This document shows, piece by piece, positions 47,523-59,111 of a stretch of 64,000 bases of DNA. Numbering within the stretch: the stretch's first letter is position 1; every line of letters starts with the position of its first letter. Origin of the DNA: Pelomyxa schiedti (taxonomy: Eukaryota > Protista > Evosea). The translations under genes and the position numbers were made by a program. The notes under the pieces are model-generated. The model was not told where the DNA came from. It made no database searches and was given only the letters and a program-made list of their open reading frames with translations. The stretch lies in NCBI GenBank assembly GCA_020536535.1, contig JAHLWZ010000872.1:570-64569 (forward strand). The letters run 5' to 3'.

Positions 47523-50500
47523 TCAGTGGGAGGCTCTTGGCTCTATTTCAAGGGAGCGGTTGTAAGCATCCTGTTCACTTATTCCGGGCTTGGTTTCTAT
47601 GTCCGATATCTTGTATTGAGTGGTCAAGATTTTGTGCCGGTTGTTTGTTTGTTTGTATACATACAAATGCTTGTATCGAAATGACCGGCAGAACCGCAAA
47701 CGGAACACTTTGGTGTTGTTGGATTTCCTTGATAATTTTCGCTGTCATTGTCATCTTTAACCAATTGATGAGTGCCGGTGAGTCCGGTAGTGTGTTGGGA
47801 TTCCCATCCTGGATGGAACTGTGAGTATTTTTTTTTGGAGAGCTTTCGAGCTCTTTAGAGAATAGAAAAGCATTACCTCGATGAAGGTGAGGTCCGAAAG
47901 AAAGATTCCGATATCTTGGAACAGTGTGAGAGTGTGAACAAAGTGTGGAGATTTGGTACGCTACAAGGAAGGCATGGGGATCTATTTACAGTCAGGTCCC
48001 GTAGTGTCTTGAAGTTTTTTTCCATGAGGCATTCGAATTCTTTGTATTTCTCTAGCAATTGGGACTACTTTTTGTAAGTTGCATAAAAAAATCGGAATCA
48101 TACAGTCCAAGTTTTTTTCAATCTCCTGTAATAAGAGTGAGATTGTAAGCTGTAGGTATTTCGGTATTACGTTATGGCAGAATTTCCTAAAGCGGCAGTT
48201 ATTTCCATCATCCCATTGAAATTTCCAAGGTCTTTACATTCCTAGTTCCCATTAGATGGCCCCATCCACGCCCTAACATAAACCTTGGCAATAGATATAA
48301 AATGGCGAATAACGCGTTCTCTTTGTTTTGGAGTGTCCCCTTCGAGCACTGAAGCAAGTACCCACTTGCCAACCTTAGGTACCATGAGTTGTGGCTATTT
48401 GCGATTCCTTCATACCTTGTTAAACCTTGTAATAAATCTACAAATGTTCGGTGATTTGATAGCTGCTTCCTATATTTTTACGTAAGGTGAGGAAAATGAG
48501 GAAGCAATACTTTTTTTTGCCAGGCAAGCCCAAAGCATTCCCTTGGTCTGATATTACGAAATCCCTCCCATTCTAAAAGAGTAATTTGTCTTGCAGCCTC
48601 AAGGGGATGCACATCGAGAATAGTCTCTATTCTCCCTGCCGGGAGAATACTCTTTGGGGCGTTGGCAGGAGTAAGAGACAGTCTGTGACCTTGCGATTGG
48701 CCCTGGTATGCATTAGGAGAAGCGGAATCAAATGGGTTTTTATGGTGCAAATGTACCTTGCGAATAAACATTTTCAGTTGGGCACCTTCTCCCTGGGCAC
48801 CCATTGTGTGCTCTACAAAGTCCATCAGTGTGTCCAGTAAAGTTTTGTCTTCGGCAAAATCATAGAAGTGATTTGTGACCCATTTCGTCAAAACAAAAGA
48901 GACCCTGAATGAGTCAGAAATCAAACAAAGGAGTTTACGGGTATACATCTTTTTAATGGAATCTTCTTCAATTAATCCAGGAGGTGTGTTGTATCGTAAA
49001 ATCAATAAACGGAGAAGAGTTGGGGGGTCCGTAAAGCTTCGGTAAGTCAGGAGAAAATCCAACATGAAATCTTTTTGGTTTGTTGGAAGGCACCTAACAA
49101 CACATTCAAAATACCTGTGCTCCCAGGCCTTGGAGGACCAGTAAGCTTCTCAACTAGTTTCACAAGAGTAGCTCCAGATAAGGTTTGTAGGGCTGGCTGT
49201 ATTTGAGAAGGCGAAGGGGTTGCAGAAGGAGGGGGGCTAGAGGGTGGCCCAAAATCATCGTTTGTTTGGGGAAGTGAAGGTGAGATAGGTTTGAGTGAAG
49301 GAGAAAGAGGTGAAGGTGAGACAGGTGAAAGTGGGAGAGGTGAAGGTGAAAGTGGTCTCATAATGGGAGTAGATTGGGGAGTGGTGCCTGTGTATCGAAT
49401 ATTGGAAGGCACATCAGGCTCGAGGAAGGGATAAGTGTCCATTTCTATTACGGGAGGTGGAGGAGGGATATCCACAGAGGGTGGCGGGGGTATATCTGTT
49501 GATGATGGGGGAGGGATACCCTCTTTGAAGAAATTACTGAAAAATGTGACTTTGCTTAGTAGAAACCTGAATTGGAGAATGCACTTGTGCCGGCTTGTGC
49601 CTGCCACTTCATTAAGGTGTTGCCTGTTTAAAAAAAAATTTATGTAGGTAGTAAAATGAAATATTTCAAACTTACAATCCTTTTGGTTGTAATCCATCAG
49701 AGAAGGATCTGGTTGTACTCAGGATGGCTGTATAATAGATAGTTTTTAGCTTACCGAGGAGTGGTACATTTCTCGATCCAATACTTTCTGCATCTCTACT
49801 GCGGAGGTGAATAGCAGGAGAAATTGGGGAAGACGGAGATGTGAAGCTTGCACTCATACTCTGATCTATGCGAGGGAATCGTGTATCAATGGTATATGAC
49901 CGGGTACGCTGTGGAGAGACCACTTTGGAAGTAAAAATAGGAGTACGCAAGTGGTAGTTCTTACCTTTTCGAAGGGAATCCTTGAGGGAAACGTAATTGC
50001 TTGGAAATTCACCAAACTTGCCATTCGTTGTAGCACCATACCACCATTGCCCATCCTGATGCAGTGTTATTGGTGGTTATAAAACGAATACCAGCTACCT
50101 TATTGATTACGTATATAGTTTCACGTCTGGTGAAAGACAACTCTGCCTCAGATTTTGCTGCATAAGAGTATATGGCTGTACACTGAGGGTATCTTGGGAG
50201 TGACTCCACTGGTTGCGGTGCTCGTGCAGTGGAAAGTGGTGCGTGAGCAGCAGTGGCTTCTACCTTCTGCTGCACATGTGGAGTGAGGGTGGTAGAGGGA
50301 ATTTTACAAGAAAGAGTTAGTGGGGGAAGAGATTCAGCTGGAGACTTCGTTGTGAATGAAGGTGAGAGTGGATAAATGGAAGGTGATGTTGCGGGGGAAT
50401 TCGAGGGGGATCGTGAGTGTAGTGCATCTGGTGTCTTCGGTTCTGCTCCTGGAGGTAAAAGTCAAGGAATAAAAATCAAAAGGGTAACAGATAGGATTCA

Positions 50501-50833
50501 AATACCACCAACTTCCGACCTCCTCACGAAATTAGAAGGAACCTTGCCAATCTTTCCATTTAGTTCACCAGTCCACCACTTGTGGTTCTACAAATTGTAG
50601 AGAAGGAATGTGAGAAGTGACTACTAACAACTGTGTCCAAAGTTGACAGTTGGAAAAATTGCCCAATGCAATAAGGAGAAGGGCCACACACGTACCACAT
50701 TGAATAGGGTGATGACGTCACCTTTCCTGAACGACAGTTGCTTTTCCTTCCTCGCTTTGTACGAATACATCGCAACGCAACGTCCAACGACCGGGTGCTC
50801 CACTCCATTTGACGGCGGCGCCGACGACGCCAT
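47523..50833 (-). CDS. RasGEF with two SH3 domains, REM and CDC25 domains, multi-exon
   Basis: SH3s (CVAMYSYKARKEKQLSFRKGDVI; CTAIYSYAAKSEAELSF), REM (DFLLTYRSFTDP; KWVTNHFYDF) and CDC25 (EAARQITLLE, LGNFNGMMEI, PCLP, LSDLTFI, LINWLK). Confidence 0.92.
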
Positions 50834-50909
50834 TTTCGGTATTATGGGTCAGCCGAGAGAGGACGAGGATCTTTGACGCAAACGACCCAGGCAATGAAGG
50901 TACGTGGCC

Positions 50910-51900
50910 CCGATTATTTATGCCTTTTCGGGCCCGCCGAAGTTGCGTTGATCTTCTTCATCAGTGGCAGATTTACGGGAACAGGAATTTCCTTGATGGT
51001 GATTGAAGTGTCAGTGACTGCGACCTGACACCACCGACAGAACTAGCCACAACCCCCAAGAAAAAAAAAAGTCATCACACAATTCTTTTTCGGATCCTTC
51101 CACCCTGAATCGAGGGAGGCAGGGGCCAAGTTCCGAGAGCAGTGAGAACCAGGGGTACTTCACCCTTGCGGCCTGGACATGGTCGCCAAACGCCGCAATG
51201 GCTTTCCCCCTGGCCTGCTCCTCGTACGAGGCCTCCTCCCAGTCCCACTCGCGAGTGCATGGTACCCCATTATATTTTCGTTGTGTTCATTGGACAATCA
51301 ATCCATATTCCACAGAATGGGGGAAAGCAGCTTCCCGGCATTTTCCACCACATCTTTGCAGCGCGTTGGGGGTGTCACCATGTACACGGCGCCTTGCTCT
51401 TTTGTCTGGAACACAACCACAACGCACTGCAAAGATGTGGTGTGCGTTGTGGTTGTGTTCCAGACAAAAGAGCACGGCGCCGTGTACATGGTGACACCCC
51501 CAACGCGCTGCAAAGATGTGGTGGAAAATGCCGGGAAGCTGATATCCTCCATTCTGCATGGAATTACGCGCCAAAAACAGCATCCCAGAGGCGACATGTT
51601 CCTATCTGACGACGAGGGGCAGATCTGGGGCGGTGACTCAGGCGTCGAGCAGCAGCGCTGAGTTGGTGTGCCAAATATCAGCCTTTGCCTGCCTCGAACA
51701 TCGTAATCAACAACGTCATCGACCGGCTGTGATGTGCAGATGGGAGGGTGTGAAGGAGGGAGGCGATTACCACGAGGACGAGGAGGAGGAAGTGAGGAAT
51801 GAGGTGGGGGTGAACGGGGCGGCTGGGAATTGTGGGATGGTGGCGCGGTGTAAGGCAGCCCACGGGGTGGTGCTGTCGTGGCAGCTGCGGCCAGGAGCAA
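50910..51900 (-). pseudogene. Disrupted coding region traversed by the hairpin
   Basis: The P-rich frame 51298-51900 stops just past the hairpin. A protein-like continuation (VPCTREWDWEEASYEEQARGKAIAAFGDHV...) follows in another frame behind a TGA, then a plausible last exon ending at about 50910. Confidence 0.35.
51313..51556. repeat. Long inverted repeat (fold-back hairpin): 100-bp arms, 14-nt spacer
   Basis: 51328-51427 is the reverse complement of 51442-51541 with 1 mismatch; pairing extends to 51313/51556 with 3 more mismatches. Confidence 0.97.
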
Positions 51901-51938
51901 CTACTCCCGCACTATGCGGCTTCACCACCACTACTTCT

Positions 51939-53271
51939 CTAATTTACGGCGGGTGTTTCAGGTCTTCTGATAGAGGAAGCCTGGAACGCGTCACTTGGGA
52001 TTTGGTGGGAAAAAGCGCTTGTTTGCTCAGCCAGGGATTCTGGGTCAAATCTAACGAATAGCTCGAATTCCTGGGATAGCCCAAATTTCTAACCGAGGTA
52101 CCTTTGACTCCAATGGTTGTTTTAATTGAACTTGTTAACCCTAATTGTGGTGAGAAACTTTTTTTTTTGTTTTACTCTGTGTGCTCATTTACATGGAGGA
52201 TTTGGATTTTGGTTCGGGTTTTTTCTGCCTGATTGTGTGCGTTTGTCACTTCACAGTTGGATGTGGTTAGTTCCAGGGAGGATATTGTTGGTATGGCTGT
52301 TTGTTGGACTAGGGTAAGGGTTGCCTGTGTGTCGAAAGTGCAGTCGCTAGTGTTGCACTTCACTGTGTGTTGTACTTGTATGTCCGTGTTACCAAGGACT
52401 GTTACTTGCACCTTGTGCGAATCGGCTGAACATTCCACCTTGCAGCCTGGTTTCTTGTTAAGTTTGATTTACGGAAGTGTGTTCTTTTACCTAGTTTCGA
52501 AGATAGAACTTCGGAGAACAAGGTCTGCATAGTTGGAGAGCAAGCTTCAAGAACGTAAGTGACTGGGGATCCTTTACCAATGGTATCTCTCAGTAGTCCG
52601 GCCACATGTGTCTCCATTGAACCACTAATGGCACCCATTAGGTGTGTGTTGACGGGAAACTTACTTACATAGATGGGCTCTCACGGATTTTTTGTATCAG
52701 GCACTTGGAGATATTGGGAAGGCCAAGTTTATTTGCCAAAGAACACAAAGTAACGTAGGCAGCAATCCCCCCACATGCTAATAGAGTTTGGTTGGCAGCG
52801 TCATCACCTAGACAATACCTTGTTCAAAACGAAACTTTAATTGTAAGTAGTTTATATACCTACAATGGAGATGACCTTGGAGCTGAGAGCACGAGCAATT
52901 CTCTTAGTTTCTTCCTTATCTATGCTTATTTTGCAGTGCAGTTCCCTGGGGAAGAAAGTAAGAATGTGTACCCCACAGCATTACAAAGTTAAACTTTGTC
53001 TTTAATTTAAAAGTAACTTAACATTAAGGAAAAACCCACATTGACAACTCAACAACAATAATTCGCAAAACGCGTACTTTGCGGCGGCCAACGGCGGGAG
53101 TCTCCTCGGCGCCGGCTTTTTGCAGTACATAAAATAAATGGTGACGAACAGCACGATCCACATCACCCCGGCGACCGCCGCTGTCCCCCGCCGGTCGACC
53201 TCCACCCCGACCCCCGCGTCCCCGTCGCCCGCGCCGTCGTACCCCGCCCCATCCCCCCCCACCGCCATCAT
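51939..53271 (-). CDS. Single-pass membrane hypothetical protein (possibly lipid-binding TULIP/SMP-like), multi-exon
   Basis: N-terminal TM helix (VAGVMWIVLFVTIYFMYC) followed by beta-rich exons; the fold assignment is only a guess. May splice on into 51900. Confidence 0.4.
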
Positions 53272-53447
53272 CGTCGCTGCCGGCAGTGATTCACGCTTTC
53301 TTATTAGGAATAAATTTTTTTTTCCAAAGGAGCTACAGGGGATTTGCTGTAGTCTCAGCATTAGGAAGCCCCACACTTATGAATAAGTACGAGGGTGAAA
53401 AGAAAAAAAGGGCATCGCGGAGGAGGTATGAGGATTTTTATAATAAT

Positions 53448-54932
53448 TTAATCAAAATGAGGAAGGAAGGAGAAGTGGCGTGTGGTTCGGCACAGAGGCC
53501 TGAATAACTTGAAGGTGATGACGTGGTCACCAGAGCACTCTTCACTCACATGTATTTCTTTGTGTGATTCGCTCATCTGGAACATGAATCCACCATCAGC
53601 AAAAGACTCAGTGGTGGTGAACCCAGGCTGTAACTTGCATTCCCTCACTGGTTTGGCTGGGTCATTGATATCCCACACGTTGTAGCCATAGCTTCCTTCA
53701 AAAACACAGAACTGTGACATTCTCAGTTGTGAAACCACTTCTGGGAATCTTAACATTTTGTATCTCTTGTGGCCGATTGGGTTCACTTTCCCAGTTGCAT
53801 CGTCAATGGAAATGAGATCTCCAACTTCGGACATGGTGACAAATTTGATGGCACCACTCTTTGTGGAACAGGCAACACAGTCATTGGTCAGGAAATCGTC
53901 GCATTCAAGGTAATCTAACGATGTACCTTTCATAGAAGTGGGGGAGGCAACAGCTGAGGCCACGGCCACCAGTTTTCCTGATGACTTTGTTTGTGCGAGG
54001 TCGATCAGAATGAATTGCACACGAGTAGGGCTGCCAAAGGAATCAGAGAAGCGAACCAACAGGTGGTCTTCATTGAAACTGCAAAAGGAATGTGTCAACA
54101 CATTCCATTTTTTCTCAACAGAGGAAATTGGAACCACTGTTGCTGGTTTTTCTTTTGCTGTGCTTGGCTCTCCCCTCTTTGGCAGCTCAATGACAAACAA
54201 TGAGTCTGTCGAAAAGCACACAAACCACTTCCCATTTGTGCCCTCTGTGCCAGAGGACTTGTTGATGGAAAACAGAGGTTCAAGGTGCCCAGTCTCTCTG
54301 CCCTTCAAGTAATAAACCCCTCCTCTTGCGTATTCCCTCCCCACCAACTGGTGCTCATTTGCCCCCAACACTTGTTCACCCGCCCACCACTTCAATTCAT
54401 GAGTGAGTGTCAACAACACCGAGGAGACACCAAACGTGATCACCACACCGTACTTCTTGCAACGCCAACACACGCAGAAGAGCCTCTCAGTTCCCATCAA
54501 CCACTTCCACAGCAGCCTGAGCACCAGAGTGCCGTCACAACAACAACAACAACAAGAACCACAACCACCGCCAGCAGCAGCAGCAGCAGCACTAGTGGTC
54601 ATCATCGATGGTGCGGTCATCGACCACAGCAACAAAGGCGAGAGCGAGGAGCGGGAGCCACAGCGGGGGTGCGATGCCATGGCCAGCGACATCATCTGGT
54701 CCGCCATCGTGTGTGGCTGGTATGTCGTCGTGGTTGTTGTCACTGTGGTTGTTCCTCTTCGTTTTGTCCTTGTTGTTGTTTGGTTTGTGGACAATGGGGC
54801 GACGGTGACCACTGTGCCGATACCGAATTGTGGGTTGTGGCGACGCTGCTGTTGGGGGTTGTCGAGTGACGTCGGTTGCAGTGGATAAGAATCGTCATGT
54901 GGGTTTTCCTGTTGTTGCCGCCGATCGTCCAT
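53448..54932 (-). CDS. Intronless expanded-family protein (RCG module plus beta-rich body)
   Basis: ATG at 54932. ADQMMSLAMASHPRCGSRS...LRLLWKW, TNGKWFV, LIDLAQT and GGFMFQ...IHVSEECSGDHVITF parallel the 2723/4174 genes. Confidence 0.8.
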   Translation of the reverse strand: MDDRRQQQENPHDDSYPLQPTSLDNPQQQRRHNPQFGIGTVVTVAPLSTNQTTTRTKRRGTTTVTTTTTTYQPHTMADQMMSLAMASHPRCGSRSSLSPLLLWSMTAPSMMTTSAAAAAAGGGCGSCCCCCCDGTLVLRLLWKWLMGTERLFCVCWRCKKYGVVITFGVSSVLLTLTHELKWWAGEQVLGANEHQLVGREYARGGVYYLKGRETGHLEPLFSINKSSGTEGTNGKWFVCFSTDSLFVIELPKRGEPSTAKEKPATVVPISSVEKKWNVLTHSFCSFNEDHLLVRFSDSFGSPTRVQFILIDLAQTKSSGKLVAVASAVASPTSMKGTSLDYLECDDFLTNDCVACSTKSGAIKFVTMSEVGDLISIDDATGKVNPIGHKRYKMLRFPEVVSQLRMSQFCVFEGSYGYNVWDINDPAKPVRECKLQPGFTTTESFADGGFMFQMSESHKEIHVSEECSGDHVITFKLFRPLCRTTRHFSFLPHFD

Positions 54933-55462
54933 TGGGCCTAGGATTGATCCCTTGAGGGAAATGGTTCTGGGAAGATCAAAGTGATGGTTTGTTGAGCTCA
55001 ATCCTTGGTCTAAAAAGCGAGCACTGCAGAGTTGAGACTGGATTCTACCCACAAAACCAGAGGGGTTCCGGAACAAACAACAAGGATTTTTTCCGTTGGG
55101 TGGAATCTGGGGACTTGATCAGATGCCCAAAAACGGCTAGAGGAAAGCCCAGAGAATTGCCTTTGTGGGCAACCGGATCATCAAGCCCAGATTCCAAAGC
55201 CTGGAAAAAGGGGAGAACGAAAAGCGGAGCTGGGCGACTTTTTATTGGTTTCTCTGACAGTGAGCAATTTGTTCGTTACTCGAACGGCAAACTGGCTGCC
55301 TTTATAAACAAGCCTTTTGTCGTGGTAACTCAAAATATAATATAAAAAAGTGAGCTTTAAAACCCAACAAACAAACAGCCAAACCAAACCAATACCGGCA
55401 CAGCAGCCAGCACAAACAAGCAACAGCAAAACAACAAACCAAAAACAACCTATAAAATACAA

Positions 55463-58327
55463 ATGACAATCACAAACCTGGTTACAGTGGTGGTGGCGTT
55501 CTGTTTGTTCGGAATGACATCAGCAAGGTTCGGGACACAGCTGCCCACAGCATCAATAACAGTGGACACCAACCTGCAGGCAATTGGAAACACTTGGGGT
55601 GTTACCTCCAATACTTCTGCTGACTCGTATGCTGTCCTTCTCATCTTTCTGACTTGTTTATCATGCGTTGATCAATGCACAGGGGGTTCTTCCCAGTGAA
55701 AATGGTTGACAGCAGCCTTCCCGACGGGATTGCATACTTCCAGTCATCAGCCGGAGACAGTTCGGCTGTTTGCCGCCTTACAATTGACTTGCTCATTGAG
55801 AGGAACATCACATCAATGCTGCTTTTCCCGATGGGTGCCACTCCTACATCATATTCTATGGCCGGTGCTGACGCTTCTGCTGTGGTCGGGCCTATTACTT
55901 ACCCTGTTGAACTCCTCCCTGGTATGTAGTTGAGCCGTTTTTCGTTGGTTGATTGACTTGTTCTAATGCAATACACAGAGTGGACAAGCGGAAGTATGGC
56001 CAGCATAACGACGCCTGTTGAAGTGTTTGTGAACCGGAAGGTCAGGTATCTGACGGTCAGCTTGCAAAAGCCTGTATCGGAGTTGATGTTTTATATGGGA
56101 AGAATGCACTTTTACAGTATGTTTGTTGCTCGCTCTTTCATCATGGTCAATAACCGATGACAGCTTGTGCGCCGTGTGATTATGAATACATGATGAACCC
56201 CTCAACTTGCGCCTGCACACTATGTGAGCGGAAAATTAAAAAAAACAAATGCATTACTAATACCACCGCAGTGCCGCAGTGTGACAGATATGTTCACCCG
56301 ATGGAAGTAAACGAATGGAGCACATCTATTATTGGAGGTGGAAGCGGATTCTTAGCTCCAGATACTCTCACAGTCACGTTCTCGAAGCCGATCGTGAATG
56401 GCGAAGGTCCCATTTCAATCCTTCCTGCTGGAGGTAATGTGTCACGCAACTCAATTTCATTAGATTATATCTAATTAATTAATTAATGCAGAAACGAACG
56501 TTGGATGTGGGTGCCCTTCAAGTGCTTGTTCAATGGTTGTGTCTGGGTGTAACATGGTTTACACATACACGGTCAACTGGCAGTATTTCCTCAACAACTG
56601 CGGCGTACAATTGCTTCCATCGGATTCCTCTGTTTTATATTACCGGACTGTTTTCAACTGTATGTTGTCACCCCTTCACTTTTATGCTCACTTTGCACAG
56701 ATAACTTTGATACCTTGGTTGTCAATTCCTCTGTGGTTCAATCAACGAGCGAATACACGCCCCTCTATGTATGTTGTGAGTTGTGTGCTTGGAGCGGGAC
56801 ACTAAAACTATCCAGATCGCCATTCCAACTGTGATCGACTTGACGCTTGTACAAATAAATCTTGTGGATCCATATGTCCCAACGGTTGTCACTGGTTATG
56901 TGAGTGGCCACTTAATTTCAATCTCCAGCTTGATTTCTAAACAAATATCCATAGGTTACTGTGAAGAAAATCATTGACAGGAAACTGCACCTCGAGTTCT
57001 ATACTACAACATTGAGCCCATACAATCTCAATGTCCTAAGGCTCGAACCAAATGTGAAATTCTTCAACCAGACTTTCACAGTATGTCTTCCCTCCCTCAC
57101 ATGGAAGTCGCTCTAACGAGGACTATCTCGCAGCATGTGAGCACCAGCTGCTCATTGACAGATGTTACATGTTATCAGTACTGGCAGATTGACAGTTACC
57201 TTGCTCCGGATGTCTGTATCTTCCAAGGAGAGCCTATTTTGATCCCCTTCCAATTCACTTGCCTCGATGGAGCTTCCTGTTCATACCTGGTCGGCGGTGT
57301 TGACAAGCAGAACGGCACCTTCTCGGTTCCCATGTGGTCTTCGGATCTCTGTGGGTCAATTCAGGTACCTGAATTATCATTTTCTTAATAAAATTGCTTT
57401 GAATTGGCATCGCATACCTTGGCTTTTTTCCCGGAGATAAATCGATGCATGTCCTCCCATAAATACTCACTCAACTTCTCATCTAGTTGAACGCCACTCT
57501 GACTGGAACGTTTGACATGTTCAGTGACAGCGCATGCTCTGTTCCGAGCAAATCTTTCAAGCTTGTTCCTCCTACAACTGCATACCTTTTGGTAATTTCC
57601 TTCTCTCATGTTCCGGCTGTTGAATTCTCCTTACCTGTAATAAGATTGACTTGACTTCATCAGTTTCGATCAACACAGCCACTCTTGTAAACTTCTATGT
57701 GTTCGTGAATGGCACACTCAACGCAGTCATGTACGCTACATTTTTATGCACCTCCAAGTTCCAACTTACCCATTTTTTCAGATTCAACAAAGCCGTTCAA
57801 GCACTTGCAACAACAGCTCACTTCGTAGAGACCACTCCATATGACTCTGATGTCACTAAAATGCTCATGGCAATCGAGTTCAACACCAACTGGTTGTCAA
57901 TTGGTATGCGATTCATTTCATCCTCCTTCCTCTCTCTCTCTTTTCCCCCTCCCTCCACAATTCAATTCAATTGCTTTGATGTGACTCACTTTCAACTGCA
58001 GACATGGGCGAGGTCGCGGACATCAAGTTCCAGGCGGATCTCAGCGTGACTTACAAGAGCTCAGCCAAGAGCCCAATGTTGCCTCGCGGGGTCGCTACTC
58101 GCGCGGACGACTACCCCGAGAGCGTGACGGTGCTCCAGGCAGGCCTGGTGACCAGGGACCCCGCAGCCGCGGCGTCTGCGTCGTCGTCGTCGTCGCACGG
58201 CGCGGCCTCGTCGCAGTCAAACGCGCACTCGGCCATCATCTCGCCCCACACCTCGGGCGCGTCCCATGCCTACGCTGCTTCCCTTGCCGCCCTCGCGGCC
58301 CTCGCTCTTGTGTCTGCTGTTGTATAA
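55463..58327 (+). CDS. Secreted, GPI-anchored-like Cys-rich surface protein, multi-exon (paralog 1)
   Basis: Signal peptide MTITNLVTVVVAFCLFGMTSA; Cys-rich exons; Ser/Ala-rich linker and hydrophobic C-terminus (AASLAALAALALVSAVV*). Confidence 0.8.
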
Positions 58328-58483
58328 TTGCAAAATTATGTGAACATTTCCTTTGTTTGAAAGTGATGCGGGCAGACCCTTAAGCCTCAAAAACCAGGCT
58401 CCACACTGACCACATCATTCTGTTAGTCTTGGGAGTAGACGGGGAGTGACAGATGCGTTTGTACTTGAAGCTGGATAAGTTGG

Positions 58484-59090
58484 CTACGGCCAGTTTGGGG
58501 AGGAGGGTCGCGGTGTCGTGGTTGTGTTGGGAGTTTCTTTTGTGTTGGTCACATTCTGGGTGTGTGTTAGGGTAAACAGAACTCGGCCTGTCTCAACATC
58601 CTGGAAATTCTGCCTCACAGTGTGAACTCCACCACTGGTGAAGGCAACAAAGCCCAAGGAAGGATACAGTGCGACTACATTTGTTTGCTGGTACAGGGGC
58701 TCACTCAAGTTTGAGGTGCAGTACACATCATAACAGCCCTTGCTTGTTCGTGCAAGTAAGTGTGATGGCTGAGACAACCCCAAGATTGAGTATTTTGGGT
58801 ATGGGAATAGTACTGTCGCACTTGGCACGTTGCCGTGTACAACACGCTGCAACGTAGTGCCACTTTTCCTACCATAGAGAAGGAGGAATTCATAATTGGA
58901 CAACCAAAAGGAATCACAGGCTGTTCCCTCCTTATCTCGCTACAAACGTGTTCGTCCCTCCCCGTCAGGGACACCACTCACAGTTTCAATAAGGTTCAGC
59001 GGGCATTGCACCCACGACTGCACTGCAATTTGTCTCTGGAGTCGCCGCCGTGAAACGATAAAGCCCAATCCTGAGAAGTAAAAATCGGTT
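58484..59090 (-). pseudogene. Remnant of an expanded-family-like gene
   Basis: C-terminus GFVAFTSGG...DVETGRVLFTL resembles the family tail; in-frame TAG at about 58940; no N-terminal module. Confidence 0.4.
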
Positions 59091-59111
59091 CTTGGTTTAT
59101 ACACACGTGTT

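Noticed and set aside
54989-55345. 118-aa ORF between divergent genes
   Set aside because: Non-ATG start, no motifs, and it lies in the expected promoter region.
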